Source: Gemmata obscuriglobus
GTDB taxonomy: Bacteria; Planctomycetota; Planctomycetia; Gemmatales; Gemmataceae
Assembly (NCBI RefSeq): GCF_008065095.1
Contig: NZ_CP042911.1
Span: forward strand, 4,620,001-4,652,000
Direction of reading: 5' to 3'
DNA length: 32,000 bases
Part shown: one piece after another, positions 7,379-15,355 of the stretch
How the letters are laid out: every line of letters begins with the position of its first letter
How positions within the stretch are numbered: position 1 is the first letter of the stretch
The notes under the pieces: model-generated
What the model saw: the letters and a program-made list of their open reading frames with translations, nothing else
What the model was told of the DNA's origin: nothing
The model's database searches: none
Position numbers and translations under genes: made by a program

Positions 7379-8419
7379 TCACGTTCGGGCGACGGGGAGG
7401 GGCGGAGGAATTTCGGTCGCGTGCAACTCGTTGTTGCGGGCCGCCGCGCGGTCGGTGTGTGCGGTCAGCGCGTCGGGAACGAGTCCGCGACTGTCGCGGC
7501 CCTTGAACACCTCGGTCCCGCCCCCGGGCGTGGGCAGCACGTGACGGTTGACCAGCGCGAGCACCTCTGCCATCAGGTTCGGGCACACCGCCTGCGCCAC
7601 GACTGCCAGCTTCGCGGGCAGGCCGAGCACCACCTCGGAATCCCCGATCGCACAGGCGTCGATGATCTTCGCCGCCGCCCGCTCGGCACTCATGGAGAGC
7701 CCAGGGGTGGCGTTGCCGAGCGCGAACCAAGCGTACTCTTCGTCGTTGCGCCCCTTGAACTCGGCGTTCAGGTGGCTGCCGGTGCGCATCAGCCCCGGGC
7801 ACACGGTCGTGACCGTGATGCCGTACCGGGCCAGTTCCGTGCGCAGCCCGTTCGACAGCCCGGTCAGGGCGAACTTGCCGGCAGTGTACGGGAGGAGGTG
7901 CGGGACCGCGACCTTGCCGCCGAAGGAGGACACGTTCACGATCCGCCCTTCGCCCCGGGCCTTCATTTCTGGAGCGACTTCGAGGATCGCGTGGAGGGGC
8001 GCCCAGAAGTGCGTGTCCAACGACTGCTGGTACTCGGCCTCACGCATCTCGTCCGCCGGCGCGACGCGGATCACCCCCGCGTTGTTCACCAGCACGTCCA
8101 CGGGGCCGTTCTGCTGCCGCGCGACCGCAACAAACTCGCGGAGCCGGGCGCGATCGGTCACGTCGCACTCGACCGCGACGGCATTCGCCCCGTGGCCGCG
8201 GAGGTCGTCAACCGCGCGGCTCAGCTCGGCCGCGTCGCGGCTACAAATGGAGAGGCGAGCCCCGGCCCGGGCGAGTTGCCGGGCGAGCACCAGCCCGAGC
8301 CCGCGCGAGCCGCCGGTGATGAGTACGTGTTTGTTGCGGAAGTCGTACCGCGGCTTCAACGCGCGGTACGCGAGGTAACCCCCGACTCCAAGGGCGGTAA
8401 GAAGCAGCGCTCGCCGCAT
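7379..8419 (-). CDS. SDR family oxidoreductase with N-terminal membrane anchor
   Basis: Internal ATG at 8419 of ORF 7379..8746 gives MRRALLLTALGVGGYLAYRAL (TM helix). It is followed by ITGGSRGLG (TGxxxGxG), NNAG and the catalytic YTAGK. The upstream extension of the ORF runs through the palindromic element and is spurious. Confidence 0.88.
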   Translation of the reverse strand: MRRALLLTALGVGGYLAYRALKPRYDFRNKHVLITGGSRGLGLVLARQLARAGARLSICSRDAAELSRAVDDLRGHGANAVAVECDVTDRARLREFVAVARQQNGPVDVLVNNAGVIRVAPADEMREAEYQQSLDTHFWAPLHAILEVAPEMKARGEGRIVNVSSFGGKVAVPHLLPYTAGKFALTGLSNGLRTELARYGITVTTVCPGLMRTGSHLNAEFKGRNDEEYAWFALGNATPGLSMSAERAAAKIIDACAIGDSEVVLGLPAKLAVVAQAVCPNLMAEVLALVNRHVLPTPGGGTEVFKGRDSRGLVPDALTAHTDRAAARNNELHATEIPPPLPVART

Positions 8420-8578
8420 GTCGAACTCCGGGCGGGTCGGCGCGCGGGTGGTGCGCGCTGCCCACGTCAGGTGCAACTCGGATGCCGTATCCTGGGGCTG
8501 GCTCGCCTTCGCCCGGGCGACGCGGGCAGGTTTCTGCGCCGCCCGCGCAAAGGTGAGCCTCTCATTCACGGTCCGAGC

Positions 8579-8670
8579 GGTGTCTGTTTTTTGTGGCACA
8601 GACATTCCTGTTTGTGCGCCCTTCTCGCGCCGCACAGACAGGAATGTCTGTGCCACAAAAAACAGACACC
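8579..8670. repeat. Long palindromic (REP/MITE-like) element; possible terminator of the upstream oxidoreductase gene
   Basis: 33-nt perfect arms, GGTGTCTGTTTTTTGTGGCACAGACATTCCTGT (8579-8611) and its reverse complement (8638-8670). One T/G mismatch and 6 more bp (8613-8618 / 8631-8636) extend the stem to about 40 bp. The loop is 12 nt. It lies 30 nt downstream of the Gfo/Idh/MocA stop on the minus strand. Confidence 0.8.
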
Positions 8671-8699
8671 AAAGAAGAGACCAGTAACCGGATCGTGTG

Positions 8700-9845
8700 T
8701 CAGCTCCGGACCGCCACCGTGCGGCCCGTCTTCGTTGCCTCGTCAATGGCCTCGATCACCCGCATATCGGCCAAGCCCTCTTCGCCGGGGGTGCGCGGGG
8801 CCTTGTTCGCAAGCACACACTCAGAGAAGTGGTCCATTTCCGCCGCGAAGTGGTCGACCTCGGTGAGCTTGATCTCGGACCGCTGCCCGCCCTTCTGCAC
8901 GTTCAGCCGCAGCCCGCGGTACGCGAACGCGGGGTCCATCTCGACGAGCCCCTCGCTGCCCTGTACGCGGTAGCGGCGGCTCTCGGCGGTGCCGAAGCTG
9001 CAATCACCCGTCGCGACCACACCCGACGGGAACCGCAGCGTGAACGACACGCTCTCGGGCACCTCGCGGAACTGTGGATCGTCTTTGGGCTGGTGTGCCG
9101 TGGCCGTTACCTCGGTCGGCTCCTCTCCGGTGAGGTAGCGGAACGCGTTGATGCAGTAGATGCCCACGTCTTGCACCGGTCCGCCCGCCAGCGCCTTGCT
9201 GAGCCGGATGTTCGGGGCCTTGGTCGTCTGGCAGTTGCTCGCGGTGATGCTCTTGAGTTTGCCCGCGCCGCCCGTGCGACAGACCTCAATGGCCGTCATG
9301 TTGAACGGCTCGTACCGCAGCCGGTACGCGATCATCAGCTTCCGGTTAGCGGTCTTTGCGGCCGCGATCATCTGCTCGCACTCCGCGACCGTGGCCGCCA
9401 TCGGCTTCTCGCACAGCACGTGCTTACCGGCCTTCAGCCCGCGCACCGTGTACTCGGCGTGCATGCTGTTCGGCAGGACAATGTAAATGGCATCGACCGC
9501 CGGGTTCTCGCCGAGCCGGTCGTAGGTCGTGTAGTCGTAAATGTTCTTCGGATCGAGCCCGTAAGCGGCGGCGACCTTTTTCGCCTTGTCGGGGTGGCCG
9601 CTCACCAGTGCGACCGGGCGCGACAGCTTGCACTTGGCGAACGCGGGCATGATCTCTTCGAGCGCGAGCTGTCCCAGCCCGACGACGGCCCACCCGACCG
9701 TTTTCGCCTGCGCCTCGGGGACCTTGAGGTTCGGGGGCTGTTTGTCGGGAGGAGCCAGTGGGGGCGCGTCGGCACGCATGGTGTTGCTCGCAATCAGCGT
9801 TGCGCTCGTGGCGATGAAGCCACGGCGGTTCAGGTCGTGAGGCAT
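8700..9845 (-). CDS. Gfo/Idh/MocA family oxidoreductase with twin-arginine signal (glucose-fructose oxidoreductase-like)
   Basis: Internal ATG at 9845 of ORF 8700..10613 gives MPHDLNRRGFIATSATLIAS (Tat motif). Rossmann VGLGQLALEEIMPAF follows, then the family motif EKPMA. Confidence 0.9.
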   Translation of the reverse strand: MPHDLNRRGFIATSATLIASNTMRADAPPLAPPDKQPPNLKVPEAQAKTVGWAVVGLGQLALEEIMPAFAKCKLSRPVALVSGHPDKAKKVAAAYGLDPKNIYDYTTYDRLGENPAVDAIYIVLPNSMHAEYTVRGLKAGKHVLCEKPMAATVAECEQMIAAAKTANRKLMIAYRLRYEPFNMTAIEVCRTGGAGKLKSITASNCQTTKAPNIRLSKALAGGPVQDVGIYCINAFRYLTGEEPTEVTATAHQPKDDPQFREVPESVSFTLRFPSGVVATGDCSFGTAESRRYRVQGSEGLVEMDPAFAYRGLRLNVQKGGQRSEIKLTEVDHFAAEMDHFSECVLANKAPRTPGEEGLADMRVIEAIDEATKTGRTVAVRS

Positions 9846-9898
9846 GGAATGTCCGGAGTGAGGGCCGGCGGCACGCGCCGCCGGTGGCAGAGGAAGGG

Positions 9899-10807
9899 CT
9901 ACTTCGGTGCGGGCGTGCCGTGGGTGCGGCCCGCGGCGGTGGTCGCGGCCTCGCTCGACCGGCGCAAGATGCCGTCGTGACGGCGGCCCGGCCGGTCGGT
10001 GCTCAGGTTCCCCACTTGCCCCGCAGCCATTCGGTCTCCGAGGCTCGGGAACAGCGTCGCCAGCGTGGTACTGACCTTCGCCATCGTCCCCACCCTCTTG
10101 TCGCGGGTCGGGTTCTGGGCCGCGTCGAGGATCGCCTCGGCGACCTGCCGCGGGTCGATCTTCGGGTCGGGCAGCTTGGGTTCGTTCGGCAGGTAGTTCC
10201 CGGCGTGCTCCGGGAACGGCGTGTCCACCGCCGTCGGCTGGATCAGGGTGATCGACACCGGCGCCCGGTCCACGTCCTCGACCTCGATGCGGAGGCTGTC
10301 CGTGAACCCCTTCACCGCATGCTTGCTGGCCACGTATGACCCGAGGAGCGGGAACGCCGACTCCGACACCTCGCTGCCCACGTTGATGAGCGCGCCGCCG
10401 CTCTTTTTGAGGTGCGGCAGAGCGGCGAGCGAGCCGTTCACCAGGCCGAAGTAGTTCACGTCGAACACCCGACGGTGGTCCTCCTCGCTCACCTCGTCGA
10501 GCCGCCCGTAGATGCCGATCCCGGCGTTGTTCACCCAGGTGTCGATCCGCCCGAACCGCTGGACCGCGGCGGCGGCGACGGCTTCGACCTGCGCGCGGTC
10601 GGACACGTCGCACGTCACCGCGACGGCCTCACCGCCGCCGGCCGTGATCCGGGCCACGATGTCCCGCAGCGCGGCCTCGCTCCGCGCCGCGAGCACCAGC
10701 TTCGCCTTCTGCTCGGCGGCGGCTTCGGCGGTCGCCAGCCCGATGCCGCTCGACGCCCCGGTGATGACGACCACTTGTTCGGACAGCTTTTTGAGTCGAT
10801 GGGACAC
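9899..10807 (-). CDS. SDR family oxidoreductase
   Basis: Motifs ITGASSGIG, NNAG and YVASK. The track start at 10867 is a TTG. The GTG at 10807 has GGAGG 6 nt upstream and is preferred. The C-terminal roughly 60 aa is a non-SDR extension. Confidence 0.88.
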   Translation of the reverse strand: MSHRLKKLSEQVVVITGASSGIGLATAEAAAEQKAKLVLAARSEAALRDIVARITAGGGEAVAVTCDVSDRAQVEAVAAAAVQRFGRIDTWVNNAGIGIYGRLDEVSEEDHRRVFDVNYFGLVNGSLAALPHLKKSGGALINVGSEVSESAFPLLGSYVASKHAVKGFTDSLRIEVEDVDRAPVSITLIQPTAVDTPFPEHAGNYLPNEPKLPDPKIDPRQVAEAILDAAQNPTRDKRVGTMAKVSTTLATLFPSLGDRMAAGQVGNLSTDRPGRRHDGILRRSSEAATTAAGRTHGTPAPK

Positions 10808-10888
10808 GGCGTGCCTCCGGGCGACAGTGACCGCGCGGGGACCCGCGCCGTGCCGGAGGGGATGCAAGTTTCGGTCCGCGGGGCGGCG

Positions 10889-11554
10889 CTACTCGTCGTC
10901 GCGGTTCGCCCCGTCGCCGTGCTGGACCTGGAACGCGAGCTGCTCCAACTGAATGGCGAGGTCCACCGTGACGAGCCGCACCTTACGGGGCAGCTTCAGC
11001 ACCACGGGGGCAAAGTTCAGGATGCCACGCACCCCGGCCCCCACCAGCGCCTCGGCGGCCGCGTGCGCCATTTCACCGGGCACGGTTAATACCCCCAGTT
11101 CGACCCGGAGGGCGGCGGCCCGCTCGGCGAGACGCACGGCCGGCTCGACCGTGAGTCCCTCGACCTCGGTCCCCACCTTCGCGGGGTCGCTGTCGAACAG
11201 CCCGACGATCTGAAAGCCCTGCGCGCGGAACCCCTGGTAACGGAGCAACGCGCGGCCCAGGTTGCCGACCCCGACCAGTACCGCGCGCCACGAGCGATCG
11301 ATGCCCAGGGCCGTGCGGATCGCGGCGGCGAGTTCGCGGGCGTCGTAGCCCACCCCACGCTGCCCCAGGTGCCCGAGTGCGGCCAGGTCGCGGCGCACCT
11401 GTGCGTCGCTCACGCCCACCGCCTCGGCGATCCGACTGCTCGACACCTTGTCGCCGTCCGCGGGCCACTCCGCGACGCACCGCAGGTACAAGCTGAGACG
11501 TAAGGCGGCCGCGCGCGAGAGCCGCTGACTCCGCTCGGTGGGCAGACCGTCCAC
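10889..11554 (-). CDS. rex: Redox-sensing transcriptional repressor Rex
   Basis: The GTG at 11554 is preceded by AGGAGG with a 6-nt spacer, giving a 221-aa protein. N-terminal winged helix (RLSLYLRCV...SSSRIAEAVGVSDAQVRRDL) and NAD(H) Rossmann VLVGVGNLGRALL are typical of Rex. The longer ORF 10889..11770 overlaps the upstream gene's end. Confidence 0.88.
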   Translation of the reverse strand: MDGLPTERSQRLSRAAALRLSLYLRCVAEWPADGDKVSSSRIAEAVGVSDAQVRRDLAALGHLGQRGVGYDARELAAAIRTALGIDRSWRAVLVGVGNLGRALLRYQGFRAQGFQIVGLFDSDPAKVGTEVEGLTVEPAVRLAERAAALRVELGVLTVPGEMAHAAAEALVGAGVRGILNFAPVVLKLPRKVRLVTVDLAIQLEQLAFQVQHGDGANRDDE

Positions 11555-11691
11555 ACGTGACCTCCTGTCCAAAAGCTCGGTGAAAGAACCGGGGGGTGAC
11601 TTTGGAGAGGGTGGGCTCCGCACGACGCTCCCACATTTTATCTCACGGCCCCCAACTCTTCGCCGGTGCGGGGAGCTTTTTTGCGCCGCAC

Positions 11692-12681
11692 TTATTTCTT
11701 TGCACCGGTCCACGAGACCGGGATCGACACCTCGCCTCCCGATTCGCCGAGACGCACCCGCACGTTGCACCGGCCGGGTTGCTTGGCCAGTGCCTCCGGA
11801 ACGGTCACGCGAACCGTCGCCACGGGACCGCTACCGGGCGAGAACTTCACCCCGACACCCGGGAAGTCGGCCTCGGCCCCGGCAACGGTGAACGCCTTAC
11901 CTTCCGGCGACCGTAGCTGTACGAGCGTAGACACTTCGGTCTGGCCGGGTGCGAACCGGGCCGTAACCGCGTCGGGAGTTACCGTGACCGGACCGACGGC
12001 ACGTTTCAGCACGCGCACGGGAATGCGCAGCTCCGGGCAGTCGGGATCGTCGGTGAGGAGCACCACCGTCTCATCACGATGACCGGCCGGCGCGTTCGCG
12101 GCTAGCTTCACGGTAATCGGTTGCGTGCGGCCCGCCGCCGCGCTGACCGCCGCACCGACCTCTACCGTCAGGTGAGGGGCCGAGGAGGTCGCTTTCAGGA
12201 CCGTCAGCGGCTTGGGCCGCTTGTCGGTGACCTCCAGTGTCTTTTGCGCGGCGCCGGCCGTCGAGAACGCGAGTTGCGGCGGGTTCACCGCGATCTCGCG
12301 TGTGAGGGTCGCCGTAATCTGGAGCAGCACCTCGCCGGTGCGTGGCGCGGCCCCGGGCTCATGAAGCTGGTACGAAACGCTCACCTGCCAGCGGTTCGGA
12401 CCGTCGGGCTGGGTGAGGGTGTTGACCTCCAGGGCTAGCTTGGTCTTCTCGCCCGGCGCCAGCGTGGACGCGCTCACGCCCTGCCGCAGGCACCCGCAGC
12501 CCGCTTCGACCTTGGTGACCGTGACCGTACCCGTGCTGGCGTTGACCAACTCGAAGGTGTGCGTGAGCGGTCGCCCCGCCTTCACATCGCCTTTCGCGGC
12601 CGTTGGGGCCGGGCAGTGGAACGTCGCCGGCGCGCCCTGCTGGCCGACGGCCAGCGCCGAAATGAGAATGAAGGTGTTCAT
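11692..12681 (-). CDS. DUF1573 domain-containing secreted protein
   Basis: ATG at 12681 gives the signal-like N-terminus MNTFILISALAVGQQ. DUF1573 signature THTFELVNASTGTVTVTKVEAGCGCL is present, followed by beta-rich repeats. The upstream part of ORF 11692..13032 is antisense to the PPTase gene. Confidence 0.82.
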   Translation of the reverse strand: MNTFILISALAVGQQGAPATFHCPAPTAAKGDVKAGRPLTHTFELVNASTGTVTVTKVEAGCGCLRQGVSASTLAPGEKTKLALEVNTLTQPDGPNRWQVSVSYQLHEPGAAPRTGEVLLQITATLTREIAVNPPQLAFSTAGAAQKTLEVTDKRPKPLTVLKATSSAPHLTVEVGAAVSAAAGRTQPITVKLAANAPAGHRDETVVLLTDDPDCPELRIPVRVLKRAVGPVTVTPDAVTARFAPGQTEVSTLVQLRSPEGKAFTVAGAEADFPGVGVKFSPGSGPVATVRVTVPEALAKQPGRCNVRVRLGESGGEVSIPVSWTGAKK

Positions 12682-12724
12682 AGTCGGGGCAGATAGCGTG
12701 GTTCGGATGAGGCGCGAAGGGCAA

Positions 12725-13483
12725 ATGCGCGTGAGCGTTGAAACGGCGAACAGCGTGCGGGTTCGGGTCGGGGCGTGTCCGGCCGTGTTCGGCCGCGCCC
12801 CCGACGACGGCGAAGTCCTGGCGTGGGTCGTTGACCTGGCTACTCCGCCGGTTGATCCCGACGAACTGTTCCGCTGGCTCACCTCCGAAGAACAGGTTCG
12901 GGCGCAGCGGTACCGGATCGCCAAGGCCCGTGAGCAGTTCGTCATCGGGCGCGGGCTGCTGCGCGGGCTGCTCGGCGCGTACCTCGGCACGCGCCCCGAC
13001 GCCGTCGAGCTAACGTACCTGCCGTCCCGCAAACCGATGCTGTGCGACGCAACATGCGGGCTTCACTTCAACGTCACCCACACGGACGGGATAGCGGTCC
13101 TGGCCGTGGCCCGTCGGCGGGTCGGTGTGGATGTGGAGATCGTTCGGCCGATGCGCGACGCTGACGGACTGGTGGGACGGTATTTTTCGCCCGCCGAATG
13201 CGCCGCGTACCGCGCGTTGCCAGAAGATGCCAAGCAAGCGGGCTTTTTCCGCGGGTGGACGACAAAAGAAGCGGTCATCAAGGCGGCCGGGGCGACGGTC
13301 GCTTGCCTTGCCGATTTTGACGTGGAACTGAACCCCAGCCACCCTCCCGGCGTTTTGAACGCACGTACCGAGTTGCTCGCCGGCGACGGGTGGGCGCTCG
13401 CAGAATGGGCTGCGGCGGGTAACGTCGCCGTTGCGGTCGCTCTGGAGGGGAGCGATACGCTCGTAATTGAGAATTCAATCTAA
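12725..13483 (+). CDS. 4'-phosphopantetheinyl transferase, Sfp type
   Basis: Motifs FNVTHTDG, GVDVE and WTTKEAVIKA (PPTase motifs 1-3). ATG at 12725 has GAAGGG upstream. ATG at 12707 is an alternative start. Confidence 0.85.
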   Translation: MRVSVETANSVRVRVGACPAVFGRAPDDGEVLAWVVDLATPPVDPDELFRWLTSEEQVRAQRYRIAKAREQFVIGRGLLRGLLGAYLGTRPDAVELTYLPSRKPMLCDATCGLHFNVTHTDGIAVLAVARRRVGVDVEIVRPMRDADGLVGRYFSPAECAAYRALPEDAKQAGFFRGWTTKEAVIKAAGATVACLADFDVELNPSHPPGVLNARTELLAGDGWALAEWAAAGNVAVAVALEGSDTLVIENSI

Positions 13484-13682
13484 TCTGCGTTGCCGTTGAC
13501 AACCGGAGTGAATCCGCACAGTGGAACAGCCGCTTTAGCCAGAAATTACAGGCGTCCGATAGAACGCCCAGGAGAGAGAGCGTCCCGCATTACAAACTCG
13601 TCAGCGTAACGCGTTCGCGTCAGTTGCCGCTGAGTTCGTGCCATTTCCCGACCGGCCACGCGGTGAGTTGAACTCGCACCGT

Positions 13683-13697
13683 ATCACAAATTGTGAT
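13683..13697. other. Perfect 15-nt palindrome ATCACAA-A-TTGTGAT in a convergent intergenic region
   Basis: Read directly. It is flanked by partially complementary CACCGTATC / GATACCGAACGGTG. Confidence 0.5.
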
Positions 13698-13781
13698 GGA
13701 GATACCGAACGGTGGACGTGTTGTCGAAATGGGGTCGGCGAGAAGCTCGCGAGTCAAAAACGTTTACAACGGCAACCCGGT

Positions 13782-13805
13782 TCCGTCGGGCTTCCTGCCG
13801 ACGGA
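13782..13805 (-). terminator. Hairpin downstream of the 81-aa gene
   Basis: 8-bp stem TCCGTCGG / CCGACGGA with an 8-nt loop, about 70 nt after the stop on the minus strand. A T-run (cgtttttga) follows about 20 nt further on that strand. Confidence 0.35.
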
Positions 13806-13874
13806 CCTGTTGGCTCGGGCGACGTTGAGCGAGGAAACGCCCAAGATTGCATCAGAGCCTTTGGGCGAATCAGC

Positions 13875-14120
13875 TCACTTGGCGGCAATTTCTTTTGCCA
13901 TCTGTTCCGTCACTTCCGAGAACCGGACATTGAACTGGTTGCTGAGCCAGCTCTGGACGGCCGGAACGTAGGGGAACTTGCCGGTCTGAATCAGCTTCTT
14001 CATCCGGGCGTCGCGGCTGGCCCGCTCCTTCCGCTTCAGGTGCCCGTTGTAGGTCCGCGACAGGGCGCCGTTATCGCGAATCCGGTCGTACCGGATACGG
14101 GTAGACATCCGCTTGGCCAT
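13875..14120 (-). CDS. Small basic hypothetical protein (81 aa)
   Basis: GGAGAT lies about 6 nt upstream of the ATG. Third codon positions are strongly G/C. 16 of the first 50 residues are Lys/Arg. I recognise no family. Confidence 0.6.
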   Translation of the reverse strand: MAKRMSTRIRYDRIRDNGALSRTYNGHLKRKERASRDARMKKLIQTGKFPYVPAVQSWLSNQFNVRFSEVTEQMAKEIAAK

Positions 14121-14412
14121 ACTACATCTCCTATTGCTGGTGCAGGCTCTTCAAGTCTTTCAATATACGGACGGCGGGCCGAGCGGGAAGGGATCGTGAT
14201 GCGGGTGGTGAAGGCCGGTCCAGGTTTGCTCCGACATCCGCCCGGCAGTACCGAAAAGTCGTTGAATTCAGCCCCACCGCCGCCGTTCGATGGCCTCGGT
14301 TCGACTCACGGCGGCACGGTTTGCCGTCCCGCGCGGCCAGCGTGTGGGCGGCGGCTCCTGTTGGGCGATCCGAAGAAGATGGACCCGGCCAAAACGGGAC
14401 CGACGTGGCCGA

Positions 14413-14436
14413 CCCGAACCGTGTCTGCGGTTCGGG
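14413..14436. other. 9-bp perfect hairpin in the divergent promoter region between the 81-aa gene and the hemolysin-III gene
   Basis: CCCGAACCG (14413-14421), loop tgtctg, CGGTTCGGG (14428-14436). TAAAAT, a -10-like hexamer, follows at about 14449. Confidence 0.4.
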
Positions 14437-14560
14437 GATCAGATCACAATAAAATGACACCAGACTGGTTCCGGTGGTGGCGTGTGAAGCGGATTGTGGG
14501 GCGAGTTTGCGGGCACCGTCGCGGTCGCTATCCTAATACTCTTCGCCGCAGTCCCAACAG

Positions 14561-15289
14561 ATGGAAGGACGGCCCGTGCTGGTACTCCGCGACCCGGTAA
14601 GTTCCTCGTCCCACTTGCTGACGGCAGTTTGGGCGGTGTTCGCAACCCTCGTGATGTTCCGGCTGACCACGAACCGGCCCGGGCGCATGCTCCCCGTGCT
14701 GATTTACGGCGCGTCAATGGTCGCCCTGTTCCTCGCGAGCGGCACGTTCCACGCGCTGCCTTTCGAGAAGGGCAGTTGGTCGTGGCGGCTGTTCCAGAAG
14801 ATCGACCAGACCGCCGTCTACTTGCTGATCGCGGGCACTTACACCCCGGTCCTGTCGGTGCTCCTGGCCGGCGCCTGGCGGAAGTGGTTTCTGCGCATGG
14901 TGTGGACGCTCGCGGCGGCCGGCATCTCGTGCCTGTGGCTCCTGCCCAAAGCGCCGCACTGGGCGGTGGTGGCCATTTACCTCAGCCTGGGGTGGATCGG
15001 GATCTTGCCGCTGCCGCTGTATTACCGGGCGGTCGGGTGGCGCGCGATGAACTGGATGTGGGCGGGCGCGCTGCTTTACACGGTCGGAGCCGTGTGCGAA
15101 ATTACCGAGTGGCCCATTGTGATGCCCGGGTTCGGGTTCCACGAAGTTCTGCACCTGTGTGACAGCGCCGCGAACATGGTGTTTTTTCTGTTCGTGGTGC
15201 GCTATGTCATCCCCTACCAGCCGGCGCCCCACCCCGCAGAACCCGCGGGCGTCGTGGCGGCCGCGAAGCCGGCGCCTGTTGTGAGCTGA
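14561..15289 (+). CDS. Hemolysin III / PAQR family membrane protein
   Basis: Seven hydrophobic segments with family-typical motifs: ASGTFHAL, QKIDQTAVYLLIAGTYTP and HEVLHLCDSAA. An alternative in-frame GTG at 14576 is preceded by GGAAGGA. Confidence 0.85.
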   Translation: MEGRPVLVLRDPVSSSSHLLTAVWAVFATLVMFRLTTNRPGRMLPVLIYGASMVALFLASGTFHALPFEKGSWSWRLFQKIDQTAVYLLIAGTYTPVLSVLLAGAWRKWFLRMVWTLAAAGISCLWLLPKAPHWAVVAIYLSLGWIGILPLPLYYRAVGWRAMNWMWAGALLYTVGAVCEITEWPIVMPGFGFHEVLHLCDSAANMVFFLFVVRYVIPYQPAPHPAEPAGVVAAAKPAPVVS

Positions 15290-15355
15290 AACGCTCCCGC
15301 CGGAACGACCTCTCGCCGAACGACACCCGAACCCGGAACCGAAAGAATCCGCACG

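Noticed and set aside
8594-8608. Sigma-54 promoter (TGGCAC-N5-TT..) inside the palindromic element
   Set aside because: The -12 element reads TTCC instead of TTGC. The sequence is part of a perfect palindrome that explains its presence. No enhancer-binding protein gene is adjacent.
7106-8866. 586-aa plus-strand ORF across the SDR gene and the palindromic element
   Set aside because: It is the codon-aligned antisense of the SDR (phase 2) and reads through the 8579-8670 palindrome. It has no motifs.
13683-13697. Rex operator
   Set aside because: The half-sites match TTGTGA/TCACAA but are everted (TCACAA-A-TTGTGA) rather than TTGTGAA-N4-TTCACAA. The site also lies between convergent gene ends, not in a promoter. 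It is kept only as an unexplained palindrome.
13638-14600. 320-aa plus-strand ORF covering the 81-aa gene region and its flanks
   Set aside because: It is partly the codon-aligned antisense of the 81-aa gene (phase 0). The rest has mixed third-position composition and no motif. It would also overlap the hemolysin-III start.
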